Below, in pieces: positions 16,694 through 26,947 of a stretch of 64,000 nt of DNA. Every line of letters begins with the position of its first letter. Within the stretch, counting starts at the first letter, position 1. A program made the position numbers and the translations under genes. This stretch comes from a virus: IMG/VR virus record IMGVR_UViG_3300027710_000025, positions 7,314 through 71,313 of that record. One strand, given 5' to 3'. Under the pieces are notes generated by a model. It saw only the letters and a program-made list of their open reading frames with translations. It did not search any database and had not been told where the DNA came from.

Positions 16694-17918
16694 AACATTT
16701 TGTATCTTACCCTGGACACACATTGCTACCTACACCGATGGCAGTGCATTACTATGCTGTGTGTCTGGAAGCGAACCTAACCTAAATCTAAACAAACTGT
16801 CTTTGCAAGAAGTTTGGAACAGTGATCACTTTAAGTCAGCAAGGAAGAATATGTTGCAGGGTATCCCTGTTAAGAACTGTTCAGCCTGTTATAAAGAAGA
16901 ACAGGTAGGAATACACAGTCATCGACAGATTGAAAATCACATATGGAAAGGTAAGCTAGGGGAAGACTACATCAACGAGCTTGTGGCCAGTACTAACGAA
17001 GACGGCTCCCTAGACAGAGATTGGATCACACTTGATCTAAGACTAGGTAATACCTGTAATCTACAATGTGTTATGTGCCGACCTATTGACTCTAGTAAAT
17101 GGGTAAAACATGCAACCATTCTAAAACAAGAACTTACTACAGAAGCCAAATGGGATTGGAAACACAAAGTTGATAACTATTCTACAAATAACTTTGAATG
17201 GTACAAAGACGATAAGTTCTTAGAAGACTTTTACAGTGCTGCAACAGACATTAAACATATTATATTTGGTGGGGGCGAACCTTTGTATATTAAAGAGCAC
17301 AAGGAGATACTGACTAGATTAGTAGAGTCTGGTGCAAGTAAAAACATTGACTTGCGTTATCACACCAACGGTACTATCTACGATAAAGAAGTAGTTGAGT
17401 TATGGACTAAGTTTAAGTATGTAGACATTATGATCAGCATTGATGGCGGCAAAGAGATCAATGACTATATTAGATATCCTGCCGACTGGGACACAATTGA
17501 ACGTAATCTACATCTGTATGACAACACTCCTGCTAACATTGATATTAAAATACTATGTACAGTACAGGCATTAAACATTTATTATCTACCTGAGTTTGCT
17601 GATTGGTTGCTGATGCAGAACTATAAAAAGATCAGCAAACCTAGACTGGATGGTATTTTTCATACCGGCACACTGCATTATCCTCAGTACCTATGCACTA
17701 AGGTATTGCCTAAACACACAAAGGCCAAAGTTGCTGAAAAGATATATCGATATGCGGAACAGCACACAGACAATCCTGCTATTCAACGATTAACAAAAAT
17801 GATAGACTTTATGAACAGTGAAGACTGGAGCAGTAAATTAGATCAAACTGTTGAATACATTAATAAGTTAGATTCCCTACGATCTACTAACAGCGAGTTT
17901 TTTAAGAAGTTACTATGA
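16683..17918 (+). CDS. radical SAM protein with N-terminal SPASM/twitch-like Cys domain
   Basis: CNLQCVMC, GGGEP, HTNG, SIDG; tandem paralog. Confidence 0.88.
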   Translation: MKSKTFCILPWTHIATYTDGSALLCCVSGSEPNLNLNKLSLQEVWNSDHFKSARKNMLQGIPVKNCSACYKEEQVGIHSHRQIENHIWKGKLGEDYINELVASTNEDGSLDRDWITLDLRLGNTCNLQCVMCRPIDSSKWVKHATILKQELTTEAKWDWKHKVDNYSTNNFEWYKDDKFLEDFYSAATDIKHIIFGGGEPLYIKEHKEILTRLVESGASKNIDLRYHTNGTIYDKEVVELWTKFKYVDIMISIDGGKEINDYIRYPADWDTIERNLHLYDNTPANIDIKILCTVQALNIYYLPEFADWLLMQNYKKISKPRLDGIFHTGTLHYPQYLCTKVLPKHTKAKVAEKIYRYAEQHTDNPAIQRLTKMIDFMNSEDWSSKLDQTVEYINKLDSLRSTNSEFFKKLL

Positions 17919-18865
17919 AAGATACATTTTTAGAAGTTAAGATTAAAGATAAGTTTGATCAATATCATTATATAACATATAAGATTCAAAAATCGCACCT
18001 TGCAGCCCGATGGTTAGGTTTAACAAATTTAAATTTAAATAATCCTAAATATTCTCTTACCAGTGTGCTTAATAATAGGACCGTGTTAGATGTTCCTGAA
18101 ATAACACAGCAAATTAACAATATTGTTTTAAAAATAAATCAGCTCTACGACAAGGTACTTCCTACCTATGAAGTAATTGATAATCCTAAATTAAATTACC
18201 TCCATGAAGAGTTTGAAATATTTGGAGAACGATACGATGAATTAAAAATGTCTAGAAAGTTTAGTTACGAACTTGAACAGACTTTTTTTGCATTAAATGA
18301 ACATATTCATATGTGCGAAGATGCTATGATTACTGAACCTACCTCATGGGGAGGTTTCGGAATACTGTATGATATATTACCACTTGGTATGCATCTTAAT
18401 ATAATAGAGTCAGATAGGTTATTGCTTGAAACTGGTTTCACTTGGGGAAGATTATATCTAGGATATAATACATTAGGCAAAGATTGGTTAACGGTGTGTA
18501 AAGATAATGATGTAGAGGTGATTGTAAGAGATATGGTCAAGCCTCAAAAACGTTTTGCAGCCGAAGCTTGGTTAAACTTTAATATTGACCAACAAGAACA
18601 TAATAGAGTATCGTCATTTATTAATTGGTGCAACTCTTTGCCATTTGATGTACGCAAGAAAGTTCCTTTTAACAGTTTAAATCAATTATCATTAGGAAGA
18701 TTTCCTATAGGTGATATTGTCATTGACGATGCGTTTTTAAAGATTGATTCTAATCCCGACCACTGGAAAAGTTATAGACACAAATGTAAGCAAGAATGGA
18801 ATCATAAAGTTCTAACTACATTTAGATCTGTTGAAGATATTAGAATATATGAACAAGACGATTGA
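17915..18865 (+). CDS. hypothetical protein
   Basis: 316 aa; LNYLHEEFE..LNEHIHMCE possible metal ligands. Confidence 0.7.
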   Translation: MKDTFLEVKIKDKFDQYHYITYKIQKSHLAARWLGLTNLNLNNPKYSLTSVLNNRTVLDVPEITQQINNIVLKINQLYDKVLPTYEVIDNPKLNYLHEEFEIFGERYDELKMSRKFSYELEQTFFALNEHIHMCEDAMITEPTSWGGFGILYDILPLGMHLNIIESDRLLLETGFTWGRLYLGYNTLGKDWLTVCKDNDVEVIVRDMVKPQKRFAAEAWLNFNIDQQEHNRVSSFINWCNSLPFDVRKKVPFNSLNQLSLGRFPIGDIVIDDAFLKIDSNPDHWKSYRHKCKQEWNHKVLTTFRSVEDIRIYEQDD

Positions 18866-19520
18866 AACATTTTTATTAGAGCACGAACACAAGACGTGGC
18901 GGCCAACTGATGAGCTTCCTATTAATATATGGAATAGCGATTGGCCGTGGGCTCCTATTTTTGCAACCGTGGATCAACAAACGATTAATGAAGAGTTAAG
19001 AAAAGTAGAGCACTTCTTTGTTCCGCATAGAGATAAAGATAAAATTAACAGTTACGGACATGAAGGTTGGTCTGCATTAACTCTGCATGGTTTAGATTAT
19101 GACAAGACAGAAAACTACGATAGATACGGACACACTGATGAAAGCAAATATAGATGGACAGAAGTTTGCGACTACTGCCCTTATATTGTTAATTTAATAA
19201 AGGGCTTGCCGTTTTTAAGTTACGGACGAGTTCGTATTATGAAGTTATCAGCAGGTGGATATATAATGCCACATGTAGACGGTCCTGGAAGAATATTTGG
19301 TCCTTTAAATTTTGCATTAACACAGCCCGAGGGATGCAGATTTGTTTTTAAAGATATCGGTACTGTGCCTTTTAAAGTAGGCAGAGGTTTTATGTTAGAT
19401 ATTGGTCGAGAGCATATTGTTATTAACGAATCTAGTGAAGATAGATATCACATTATTATTCATGGCAGACCTACTGCGGCAATAACTAATTTGATAGCAG
19501 AATCAATTAAACAGTTATGA
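18849..19520 (+). CDS. Asp/Asn beta-hydroxylase-like 2OG-Fe(II) oxygenase
   Basis: RVRIMKL..IMPHVD..EHIVIN..RYHII. Confidence 0.8.
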   Translation: MNKTIETFLLEHEHKTWRPTDELPINIWNSDWPWAPIFATVDQQTINEELRKVEHFFVPHRDKDKINSYGHEGWSALTLHGLDYDKTENYDRYGHTDESKYRWTEVCDYCPYIVNLIKGLPFLSYGRVRIMKLSAGGYIMPHVDGPGRIFGPLNFALTQPEGCRFVFKDIGTVPFKVGRGFMLDIGREHIVINESSEDRYHIIIHGRPTAAITNLIAESIKQL

Positions 19521-20872
19521 ACATAGTACAGGGCAGATTTGAAAATAACATAGACCTTGCAGTCTGTATATTTCCATCTGACATGTTAAAACATGATCAG
19601 TTAAAAGATACCATGACTGATTATACTACATTTTATGCACATCGATTAGAACAGATAAGTTCTAAGTTAGATATCGTATATGCAGACAGTATTGATCAAG
19701 GCTTAACAAACTATAGTCAATATAAACATATCTTGTTTATGGCAGCAGGAGTTAGGATATACGATGCAAGTATTATCTTAGAGATTGTTGAAGAAATTGA
19801 AAAACATCCTAACTATCTAGCCGCAGCACATATATTAGAATGGAAAGAAAATTGGTACGAACTGCATCATCAATTTGTATTAGTTAATACAGATAATTGG
19901 AATAAGATAGGCAAACCTGCATTTGGCAACTGGCAATCTAATACAGAAGAATTAGTAGTAGTTGAACGTAGCGTAGAAAACTTTCACGACGATTATACTC
20001 CGTTATGGATCAAAGATACTGGTCGCAGACATCTCCAACATCATAATAAGCAAGGATGGAACTTTATTGATAAAGGCCTACGTGCAGGTTTAGATATAAT
20101 TAACTGGAATCAAAGTATTAGAAACAAGCGGACTTATTACTATCCAGAAACCAACAGTACAGCATTTTTTAAATCATACAAGACTAAAACATTAGATCCT
20201 ACTGTGATTAATTTTAATCAGAAAAGATTAATTAGTGAAATGTCTGCCGGTGTTAGTAATCAAATATGGGCAATTAATAGTGAACATATGTATATCCGAA
20301 ATGCTGGCAAGACTTACGATATTGTAGCATTGCCTGCCAGCGGATTTAAGTATCTAGATATCTTTAAATCAAAAGCATTATCTCCATCAGGCGAGATAAT
20401 CATTTATGATTACAATCAGTTATCTCTCAATTGGATCTACCATATATACAGTTCTAGTTCAATGGACATTAAGGAATTAGTTACTACCTTTCCTCATCGT
20501 AAACATTTAAAATGGTTTGGGTATAACAATACAAACATAATTGTCAACGGAGAATTAGCAGACGGATTCGTTGAAAGTTTTAAAGTAACTAAAGATTATT
20601 TTAATGGCAAGTTTGATCAGTATCTAACACAGTTTAGAAACAGCCCTGTTAGGTTTATCAAAACTGATTTGATATACAATTATCTTAATCTATTAAATGA
20701 AATAGGAGATAGTCGTTGCTTATTTCATATTTCTAATATCTATGCTACTGACTTTCTAGTCAGTACAATAGGTCTAAAAAATGCAGACAGGTTATTTGAT
20801 CGATTCACAGCTATCTTGCATCCTAACACAAAGATAGTAGGACATACTCCTAAAGGAAAGTTTTTAACATGA
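19517..20872 (+). CDS. hypothetical protein
   Basis: 451 aa, coupled. Confidence 0.7.
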   Translation: MNIVQGRFENNIDLAVCIFPSDMLKHDQLKDTMTDYTTFYAHRLEQISSKLDIVYADSIDQGLTNYSQYKHILFMAAGVRIYDASIILEIVEEIEKHPNYLAAAHILEWKENWYELHHQFVLVNTDNWNKIGKPAFGNWQSNTEELVVVERSVENFHDDYTPLWIKDTGRRHLQHHNKQGWNFIDKGLRAGLDIINWNQSIRNKRTYYYPETNSTAFFKSYKTKTLDPTVINFNQKRLISEMSAGVSNQIWAINSEHMYIRNAGKTYDIVALPASGFKYLDIFKSKALSPSGEIIIYDYNQLSLNWIYHIYSSSSMDIKELVTTFPHRKHLKWFGYNNTNIIVNGELADGFVESFKVTKDYFNGKFDQYLTQFRNSPVRFIKTDLIYNYLNLLNEIGDSRCLFHISNIYATDFLVSTIGLKNADRLFDRFTAILHPNTKIVGHTPKGKFLT

Positions 20873-21414
20873 ATATAGACAAGGACGCATTCAGTAGCGG
20901 ACAGATTGGCAGCAAGATTTGGTTATGTGAAGAATTAGAAAAGACAGGGTGGCAGTCTGACTTTACTTACATATACGGAGGCTGGCACGGTATTACTGCA
21001 TTCTTGTTATTAAGCAGGGGTAAATTTGAAGTTAATAGAATACGCAGTATTGATATTGATCCTAATGCAGAACCTATTGCCGATATGATTAATGAAAACT
21101 GGGTATGGCAGGAGTGGAAGTTTAAAGCATTCACTAACGATTGTAATAACTTTGAACCTATATATGGAGACCTAGTTATTAACACTAGCACAGAGCATTT
21201 TGATAACATGACTTGGTTTGATCGAATTCCTAAAGGTACTCGAGTGGTACTGCAAGGAAATAATATGCCGCATGAGGATCATGTGATACATACAGAAACG
21301 TTATCGGACTTTATTGAACATTACCCGCTATCAGAATCTGTGTTTACAGGAGAAAAAGAATTTGTATATCCTACTTGGAAGTTTTCTCGCTACATGATCA
21401 TAGGTGTTAAATAA
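20869..21414 (+). CDS. class I SAM-dependent methyltransferase-like protein
   Basis: YGGWHG, SIDIDP, INTSTEH. Confidence 0.7.
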   Translation: MNIDKDAFSSGQIGSKIWLCEELEKTGWQSDFTYIYGGWHGITAFLLLSRGKFEVNRIRSIDIDPNAEPIADMINENWVWQEWKFKAFTNDCNNFEPIYGDLVINTSTEHFDNMTWFDRIPKGTRVVLQGNNMPHEDHVIHTETLSDFIEHYPLSESVFTGEKEFVYPTWKFSRYMIIGVK

Positions 21415-21417
21415 ATT

Positions 21418-21957
21418 ATGTTTATTAAAAAACTTGAATTAACTGCTGACAGTGATCTAATGCGTAGCGGGTTAGATAGTGTGTTAACTATGACACAATG
21501 GGGAACTGAAAATCAAATTGGACTTTCCCATCGCCCGGGTGCTAACAATTTATGGAAAGATTGTGTAGGCAGTTTATACGACAGAGAAACAGGACTTGAT
21601 ATTGCAAACGAGCAAGAATTTACAGAGTTAAATTCAAATGTTCCAGAGTACATACAATCTAAATTAGAAGAGCTCGCAACACTTGAAAACATAAAATTGG
21701 GTAGAATAAGAATTATGCGTCTTATGCCCAAGACCGGGCTATCAGTTCATGCAGATACTTCAGTTAGATATCATTATGTACTGCAAACTAATCCACATGC
21801 GTATATTGCACATACTTTTCATGCAGGCAATGTTAGTGCATTGTGTTTTCACATTCCAGCAGATAACAACTTTTATAAAGTCGATACTACTAAGCATCAT
21901 TTTGTATACAACGGAGGGCAAGAGCCCAGAATTCATCTAGTAGTTTGCCCTATTTAA
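21418..21957 (+). CDS. Asp/Asn beta-hydroxylase-like 2OG-Fe(II) oxygenase
   Basis: RIRIMRL..VHAD..HHFVYN..RIHLV. Confidence 0.75.
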   Translation: MFIKKLELTADSDLMRSGLDSVLTMTQWGTENQIGLSHRPGANNLWKDCVGSLYDRETGLDIANEQEFTELNSNVPEYIQSKLEELATLENIKLGRIRIMRLMPKTGLSVHADTSVRYHYVLQTNPHAYIAHTFHAGNVSALCFHIPADNNFYKVDTTKHHFVYNGGQEPRIHLVVCPI

Positions 21958-21974
21958 CTACGATAAATATACAC

Positions 21975-22463
21975 ATGAATATCTACATAGTTGTTAAGAA
22001 ATATACCCTGTCTGAATTTGCAGATGCCACATATTGGGGGCAATTTAATTTATTAACTGGGCTCCCGTTATCTGACGATCAATTTTTAAAGTTGATTAAC
22101 TTCTATTCTACAATAGATAGTTACCGAAATTTTGTAATGAATAGTTTGTCTTTTGCTGACGGACAAGGCTATAAGTTTGTGTCTACCGCAAACTCTTCAG
22201 TAGTCTATTCTTACTTTGCAGTGTTAGATTTAGCAGCAATACCAAATATTGTAAAAAATGGATTAGAATACGAAACATTTGCCACAGCACGAGATTCGCT
22301 ATTTGCAGAGTTAGGATGGACTAGCCTACAAGAACGTGTAACAACCGCAGAAGTGACCTTTGATAAAACTACTAATCAATTCGTAGGTATTCCCAGTAGC
22401 TATGAAGAAATTGCTCAGTTATACGAGATTTCTACAGAATTAGAAACAACCCTAGGAACTTGA
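21975..22463 (+). CDS. hypothetical protein
   Basis: ATG 5 nt after TAAATA. Confidence 0.65.
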   Translation: MNIYIVVKKYTLSEFADATYWGQFNLLTGLPLSDDQFLKLINFYSTIDSYRNFVMNSLSFADGQGYKFVSTANSSVVYSYFAVLDLAAIPNIVKNGLEYETFATARDSLFAELGWTSLQERVTTAEVTFDKTTNQFVGIPSSYEEIAQLYEISTELETTLGT

Positions 22464-22464
22464 A

Positions 22465-23142
22465 ATGAGCGACCCAATTTATTTTATATGTGCTACTCCG
22501 GGCAGTTCTGGAAATTCTTTAGTCAGAATGTTTAGAACAGTTATTGAAACAACATCGGCACTGACTCCTACTACATTTTTACAGACGCCTGTTAGTCCCA
22601 TGACTCCCGAATTTTGGTTTGATAATGTTGACCCGGGCACAAACCAAGTAGTATATGTTCCGTATCGCCCAAACTATGCAAAACTCAGAGAGAGATTCCC
22701 AGGATGCAAAATTGTAGTAATGACACATTTGCTAACTGAGTGTAACAGTCTTGCGTTAAGCCTTTGGGAAGGCTTTTATAAGAACGCATACGAATTTGGT
22801 GCAGAACCATTTTTTAGACAAATATTAGAAACACACAGTCACTTATTTTCTAGCACCACATTAACGCCCGATCAGCTATCCAATAAAGAAATTAACACCT
22901 TTGTAAAGATAGTTGCATACGAAAAATTGTTAGATGGATTTCATTGTTTAACAATCCCCAACGATCCTGACGTTATTGAAATTAGCCACAAAGATTTCTA
23001 TTACAATAGACCGCAAGTAAGAAGTCAAATAGAAGCTTTTACAGGCTCAGCGTTTCGTCAAGCAGAAATTGATGTATATGATCAGATAGCAGAGGCACAC
23101 ATCAATAGTTTCTTTAAAACTTCCTCGCTATTCTTGCGATAA
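22465..23142 (+). CDS. hypothetical protein, possible sulfotransferase/P-loop-like fold
   Basis: N-terminal ATPGSSGNSL; weak. Confidence 0.4.
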   Translation: MSDPIYFICATPGSSGNSLVRMFRTVIETTSALTPTTFLQTPVSPMTPEFWFDNVDPGTNQVVYVPYRPNYAKLRERFPGCKIVVMTHLLTECNSLALSLWEGFYKNAYEFGAEPFFRQILETHSHLFSSTTLTPDQLSNKEINTFVKIVAYEKLLDGFHCLTIPNDPDVIEISHKDFYYNRPQVRSQIEAFTGSAFRQAEIDVYDQIAEAHINSFFKTSSLFLR

Positions 23143-23181
23143 ACCGGTTTTACCATAAAAATCTGTCAAAATCACCAGATC

Positions 23182-23211
23182 TTGACAGTGTTCTAGCCTT
23201 TGTGCTATAAT
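23182..23211 (+). promoter_or_regulatory. sigma70 promoter
   Basis: TTGACA-18-TATAAT. Confidence 0.7.
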
Positions 23212-23245
23212 TATTCTTACAACTTTAAAAAAGGAGGGCATACCA

Positions 23246-23848
23246 ATGTCTAAACTACTAAACCTAGTAGCTACAACAGTAATAGGCCTGATGTTTTTAT
23301 CAAGTAGCGTAGCGGCTGCAGACGATATTAGCACCAGCAAATTGGATCAGAAAGAACTTATGTGTCTAGCACGTAACATCTTTTATGAATCCGGCAGTGA
23401 ATCAGAGAAGGGCAAAATTGCCGTTGGAATGGTTACACTAAACAGAACCGAGCATCCTGCGTTTCCCCGCACAGTATGCGAAGTAGTTAAACAGAAAACA
23501 GTTTTTGAAAAACCTAGACAGATTAAGACTATTCGAGAAGTCACTACTGGCTGGGGCATATGGAAGAAAACTGAACAACACACAGAAGTCCAAACGGTGG
23601 TAGACAAACGAGTTGTTTGCCAGTTTAGTTGGGTATGTGCAATTACTAAGCGTATCAAAGATACTGATCAACGATGGATTGAGAGTTTAGCAGTAGCACG
23701 TAGTTTACTCACAGGTGAATACGAGCATTATAAGCAGGAAATGGGCGACTGGCTATATTTTCATTCAACTTACGTAAATCCAAGATGGCATAACTTAAAG
23801 AGAGAAGCTAGAGTCGGAGGACATATCTTCTACGTTGAGAAACGATAA
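23246..23848 (+). CDS. SleB-like cell wall hydrolase (Hydrolase_2) with signal peptide
   Basis: CLARNIFYES..GKIAV..VTLNR..FPRTVCEVV..CQFSW..LYFH..GGHIFY. Confidence 0.9.
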   Translation: MSKLLNLVATTVIGLMFLSSSVAAADDISTSKLDQKELMCLARNIFYESGSESEKGKIAVGMVTLNRTEHPAFPRTVCEVVKQKTVFEKPRQIKTIREVTTGWGIWKKTEQHTEVQTVVDKRVVCQFSWVCAITKRIKDTDQRWIESLAVARSLLTGEYEHYKQEMGDWLYFHSTYVNPRWHNLKREARVGGHIFYVEKR

Positions 23849-23856
23849 ATAAGTTG

Positions 23857-24081
23857 ATGCGAGCATTTGAATTTATAACTGAGAAAACAGACCCTAAAGT
23901 GTGTCGTAGTCCTAAAAGACTAGGCAGGAGTGATCATAACTCTTGTGTTAGTCAGGGACTACGCCCACATCAAAGTAAAGGGAAAGGCCATACTGATGGC
24001 CACGGTAACTATCTAAAAGGCCGTAAAGCTAAGTCAGTGCAATACGGCGGTGCTGTAAAAGATTACGACGGTAAATCTTGA
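23857..24081 (+). CDS. small basic protein, putative internal head protein
   Basis: starts MRAFEFITE; ATG 5 nt after TAAATA. Confidence 0.65.
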   Translation: MRAFEFITEKTDPKVCRSPKRLGRSDHNSCVSQGLRPHQSKGKGHTDGHGNYLKGRKAKSVQYGGAVKDYDGKS

Positions 24082-24326
24082 GCAGTTTCTTTTCTAATAA
24101 GCTCGGCTAGCACAGTTACTGCATCTCCGACTTTAGTGAACTTCAACAGTTCTCTATCTTTAACTTCAATTTTGTAAGTATCTTCGATATTGATAACCAT
24201 TTCAAAAATACTAAGACTGTCGACTCCTAAGTCTTTTTCCAATTCGACATGATCTTCTAATCTTGCTCGATCCATTAAAAAAGACTTGGCCATAATGTCT
24301 TTGATTTGTTCTTCTAAATTTTCCAT
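24063..24326 (-). CDS. acpP: acyl carrier protein
   Basis: DLGVDSL phosphopantetheine site, acidic 87 aa. Confidence 0.85.
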   Translation of the reverse strand: MENLEEQIKDIMAKSFLMDRARLEDHVELEKDLGVDSLSIFEMVINIEDTYKIEVKDRELLKFTKVGDAVTVLAELIRKETAQDLPS

Positions 24327-24327
24327 A

Positions 24328-24654
24328 TTATATCCTAAATGATTCTCCGCATCCACAACGATCTCGTTCGTTTGGATTTCTAAATTCAAATCCTTCGTTC
24401 AATCCGTTACGTACATAATCTACAGTCATATTCTGCATATACGGCAGATGCTGTTGACTGACTAATACTACAAAGTCTTTTTGAGCAAAGTTGATTACAC
24501 CCACTTCGTGAACGTATTCGTCTACATATTCTAACACATATGCCAGTCCAGAGCAACCAGTTGTCTTTACACCAATTCGAATCCCGACACCCTTGCCACG
24601 CTTTTTGAGCTGGGTTGTTACTTTGTTAATAGCCGGTTCTGTGAAGGTGATCAT
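24328..24654 (-). CDS. iscA: A-type Fe-S carrier IscA
   Basis: GVKTTGCSGLAY...CGCGESF. Confidence 0.92.
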   Translation of the reverse strand: MITFTEPAINKVTTQLKKRGKGVGIRIGVKTTGCSGLAYVLEYVDEYVHEVGVINFAQKDFVVLVSQQHLPYMQNMTVDYVRNGLNEGFEFRNPNERDRCGCGESFRI

Positions 24655-24692
24655 GTTGTGTACTTAAATAAAACACTATTTACAGATTACAA

Positions 24693-25859
24693 GTGTTCGA
24701 CAAAAATATTGCAACTAAATTCGGGCATTGGTCAGTGGGCGACAACAACTTTAATGATAAGTTTGAAGCCGCTATCTTTGCATCAAAGAATAAACAAAAG
24801 CTCAACTTTGAATTTAATAATAACATTTGGGATCAGTTTGACCTCAGTATGTTGGGCAAACTTGATCTAAAGACTCTTTATAAATTACGAGCACAACAGA
24901 TACGGGACAAATATGATCGTGTGGTATTATATTTTTCCGGTGGCTCGGACAGTACAAATATACTCGATACATTTATAGACAACAATATTAAATTAGATTG
25001 CATATATGTCAGATGGCCGTTTGAAGTATTAGATACTAGTCTACATCAAGCCAACACTCGAGATAAGTCTGCATTCAATTTTAACAGCGAATGGGACTTT
25101 GCAGTCAAGCCAAAGTTAGACTGGATAGCCAAACATAGACCAGATATAAAAATAGAATTAAAAAAGTTCTCGGGACTTACTGATCATTTGAATTTTCAAG
25201 ATAGGGGATTTGAAGGGATCAACAGCCATTATAGTCCAGTTAATATTATTAGAAAAACCACATACAGCGAGTTTGAAAGAGACAGTATTGATAAAGGATT
25301 TACAGTTGCACAAGTATCTGGTATAGATAAACCTATGTTGCATCAGGACATTAACGGCAACGTTACTATGCGATTTGTAGATGACTTCTTTCACACTATG
25401 ACAGCATCACCTTTTAATCCCTACGGTGTTGAATTCTTTTATTGGACAGTTGACATGCCCGAATTAGCTTATGAAATGGCCTATAGGGTGTTCCAATATT
25501 ATCAAGTTAATCGAGATAAGCGACATGTAGTACCCGGAGTATTATATCAACAAATGAGCAAAGAAATTAAACATGCCTGTAGAGAAATATTCTTTCAGGA
25601 TGTAAAATTAATATGTTATCCTTCCTGGGACCCTAGCACATTTCAAACTGAAAAACCAAAGCACCCTTTTAGAATAGATAAAGACTTTTGGTTTTTTAAA
25701 AGTTCAGAATTTGAAAAGACTAAAACCGTATGGGATTATCATTATGCTTCAAGACTAAATGAAGTAACTGATTCACTTTGCGAGTTTGACCCTACAGGTA
25801 AAAAAACAGGTCTAATGACAACAACAACTAAATCTTTTAAATTAGGCAAATGGCAATGA
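24693..25859 (+). CDS. PP-loop (adenine nucleotide alpha-hydrolase-like) protein
   Basis: LYFSGGSDS motif. Confidence 0.55.
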   Translation: MFDKNIATKFGHWSVGDNNFNDKFEAAIFASKNKQKLNFEFNNNIWDQFDLSMLGKLDLKTLYKLRAQQIRDKYDRVVLYFSGGSDSTNILDTFIDNNIKLDCIYVRWPFEVLDTSLHQANTRDKSAFNFNSEWDFAVKPKLDWIAKHRPDIKIELKKFSGLTDHLNFQDRGFEGINSHYSPVNIIRKTTYSEFERDSIDKGFTVAQVSGIDKPMLHQDINGNVTMRFVDDFFHTMTASPFNPYGVEFFYWTVDMPELAYEMAYRVFQYYQVNRDKRHVVPGVLYQQMSKEIKHACREIFFQDVKLICYPSWDPSTFQTEKPKHPFRIDKDFWFFKSSEFEKTKTVWDYHYASRLNEVTDSLCEFDPTGKKTGLMTTTTKSFKLGKWQ

Positions 25860-26638
25860 AACAATTTTTATTATTATGTATTTTTATGTTCTGTAATTCA
25901 GTAATGGCACAGTGGCAACCTGCCAGCACTGTTAAAGTTATTGTGCCTTTCCCTCCGGGTGGGGGTGTAGATGCTACCTATAGAAAAATAGAAAAGTATG
26001 CACAGCAACAGGGTGTTAATATGATCCCTGAATACCATCCCGGTGCAGAGGGTGTAGTAGGAATGAACGCAGCCGCAACTCAGTCAAAAGATGGCAACGT
26101 ATTAATAATTACCACTACCGAAGTTGCCGCATCCAAAGACAGCACTGCTAAAAGGTTTAATTCTCTAACTGACTTTGAATATATTACAGGAATAAGATCC
26201 AGTATATTTTATCTAGTATCAAACTCTAGTGATAAACATATATTCGGTTTTAATGCACCTACACAAAAAGAATTAATACTGCAATATATAGAAGAAAATA
26301 AAATTAAGGATTATCTATTGGTACCCTATAAAAGTGCAGGACAAATGACAGTGGATATCATTAACGGAAGCATTTCTAGAATCATAGTTCCCGGAGTAAT
26401 TATTAATCAGCAGGTAGAATCTGATAAAGTTAAATTACTTAAAAAGATAATCGGACCTGGGGAGTTTATAGTTATCGCACCTAGTGGAATAAACAGTGAA
26501 TCAAAAAAGTACTGGGATAATTTTTTCAAGGGATATTTAAACAGTGAACAGGCAAGGAAAGATGCAGAAGCTGACCTAACCATTCTTAGAACATTTAGCT
26601 CTGATCGAATTAAAAATAATGTAGCAAAACAATTATGA
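25850..26638 (+). CDS. Bug/TctC tripartite tricarboxylate transporter substrate-binding-like protein
   Basis: signal peptide, VIVPFPPGGGVD, PGAEG, VPYKSAG. Confidence 0.8.
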   Translation: MAMKQFLLLCIFMFCNSVMAQWQPASTVKVIVPFPPGGGVDATYRKIEKYAQQQGVNMIPEYHPGAEGVVGMNAAATQSKDGNVLIITTTEVAASKDSTAKRFNSLTDFEYITGIRSSIFYLVSNSSDKHIFGFNAPTQKELILQYIEENKIKDYLLVPYKSAGQMTVDIINGSISRIIVPGVIINQQVESDKVKLLKKIIGPGEFIVIAPSGINSESKKYWDNFFKGYLNSEQARKDAEADLTILRTFSSDRIKNNVAKQL

Positions 26639-26880
26639 AATATATTGCACTCAAACACAAAACTGTAAATTTACCAGCCAAAGGGCAATTTGAAATTGAT
26701 GCCGAGAGCGACAGCATCATTTTAGTACCAGAAGAGGGTAGTAAGATTTACTTACATTGGAAAACAGATACAGGTAAGTTAGCGGCCACTTACACAATGA
26801 CCTTTCCAACCAAAATTGAGGGCAAGGTCACAATGATCAACGCATTAGACAAGCCTACTACAGTTAAAACTATTTGGTAA
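26635..26880 (+). CDS. hypothetical protein
   Basis: 81 aa, coupled. Confidence 0.6.
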   Translation: MKYIALKHKTVNLPAKGQFEIDAESDSIILVPEEGSKIYLHWKTDTGKLAATYTMTFPTKIEGKVTMINALDKPTTVKTIW

Positions 26881-26888
26881 AATCATAC

Positions 26889-26917
26889 TTGACAAACATA
26901 CAAAATGGCTGTATAAT
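26889..26917 (+). promoter_or_regulatory. sigma70 promoter
   Basis: TTGACA-17-TATAAT, TGGTAAAATC just upstream. Confidence 0.85.
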
Positions 26918-26947
26918 TAACACATTAAACAGCACAGAAAGCCGTTA

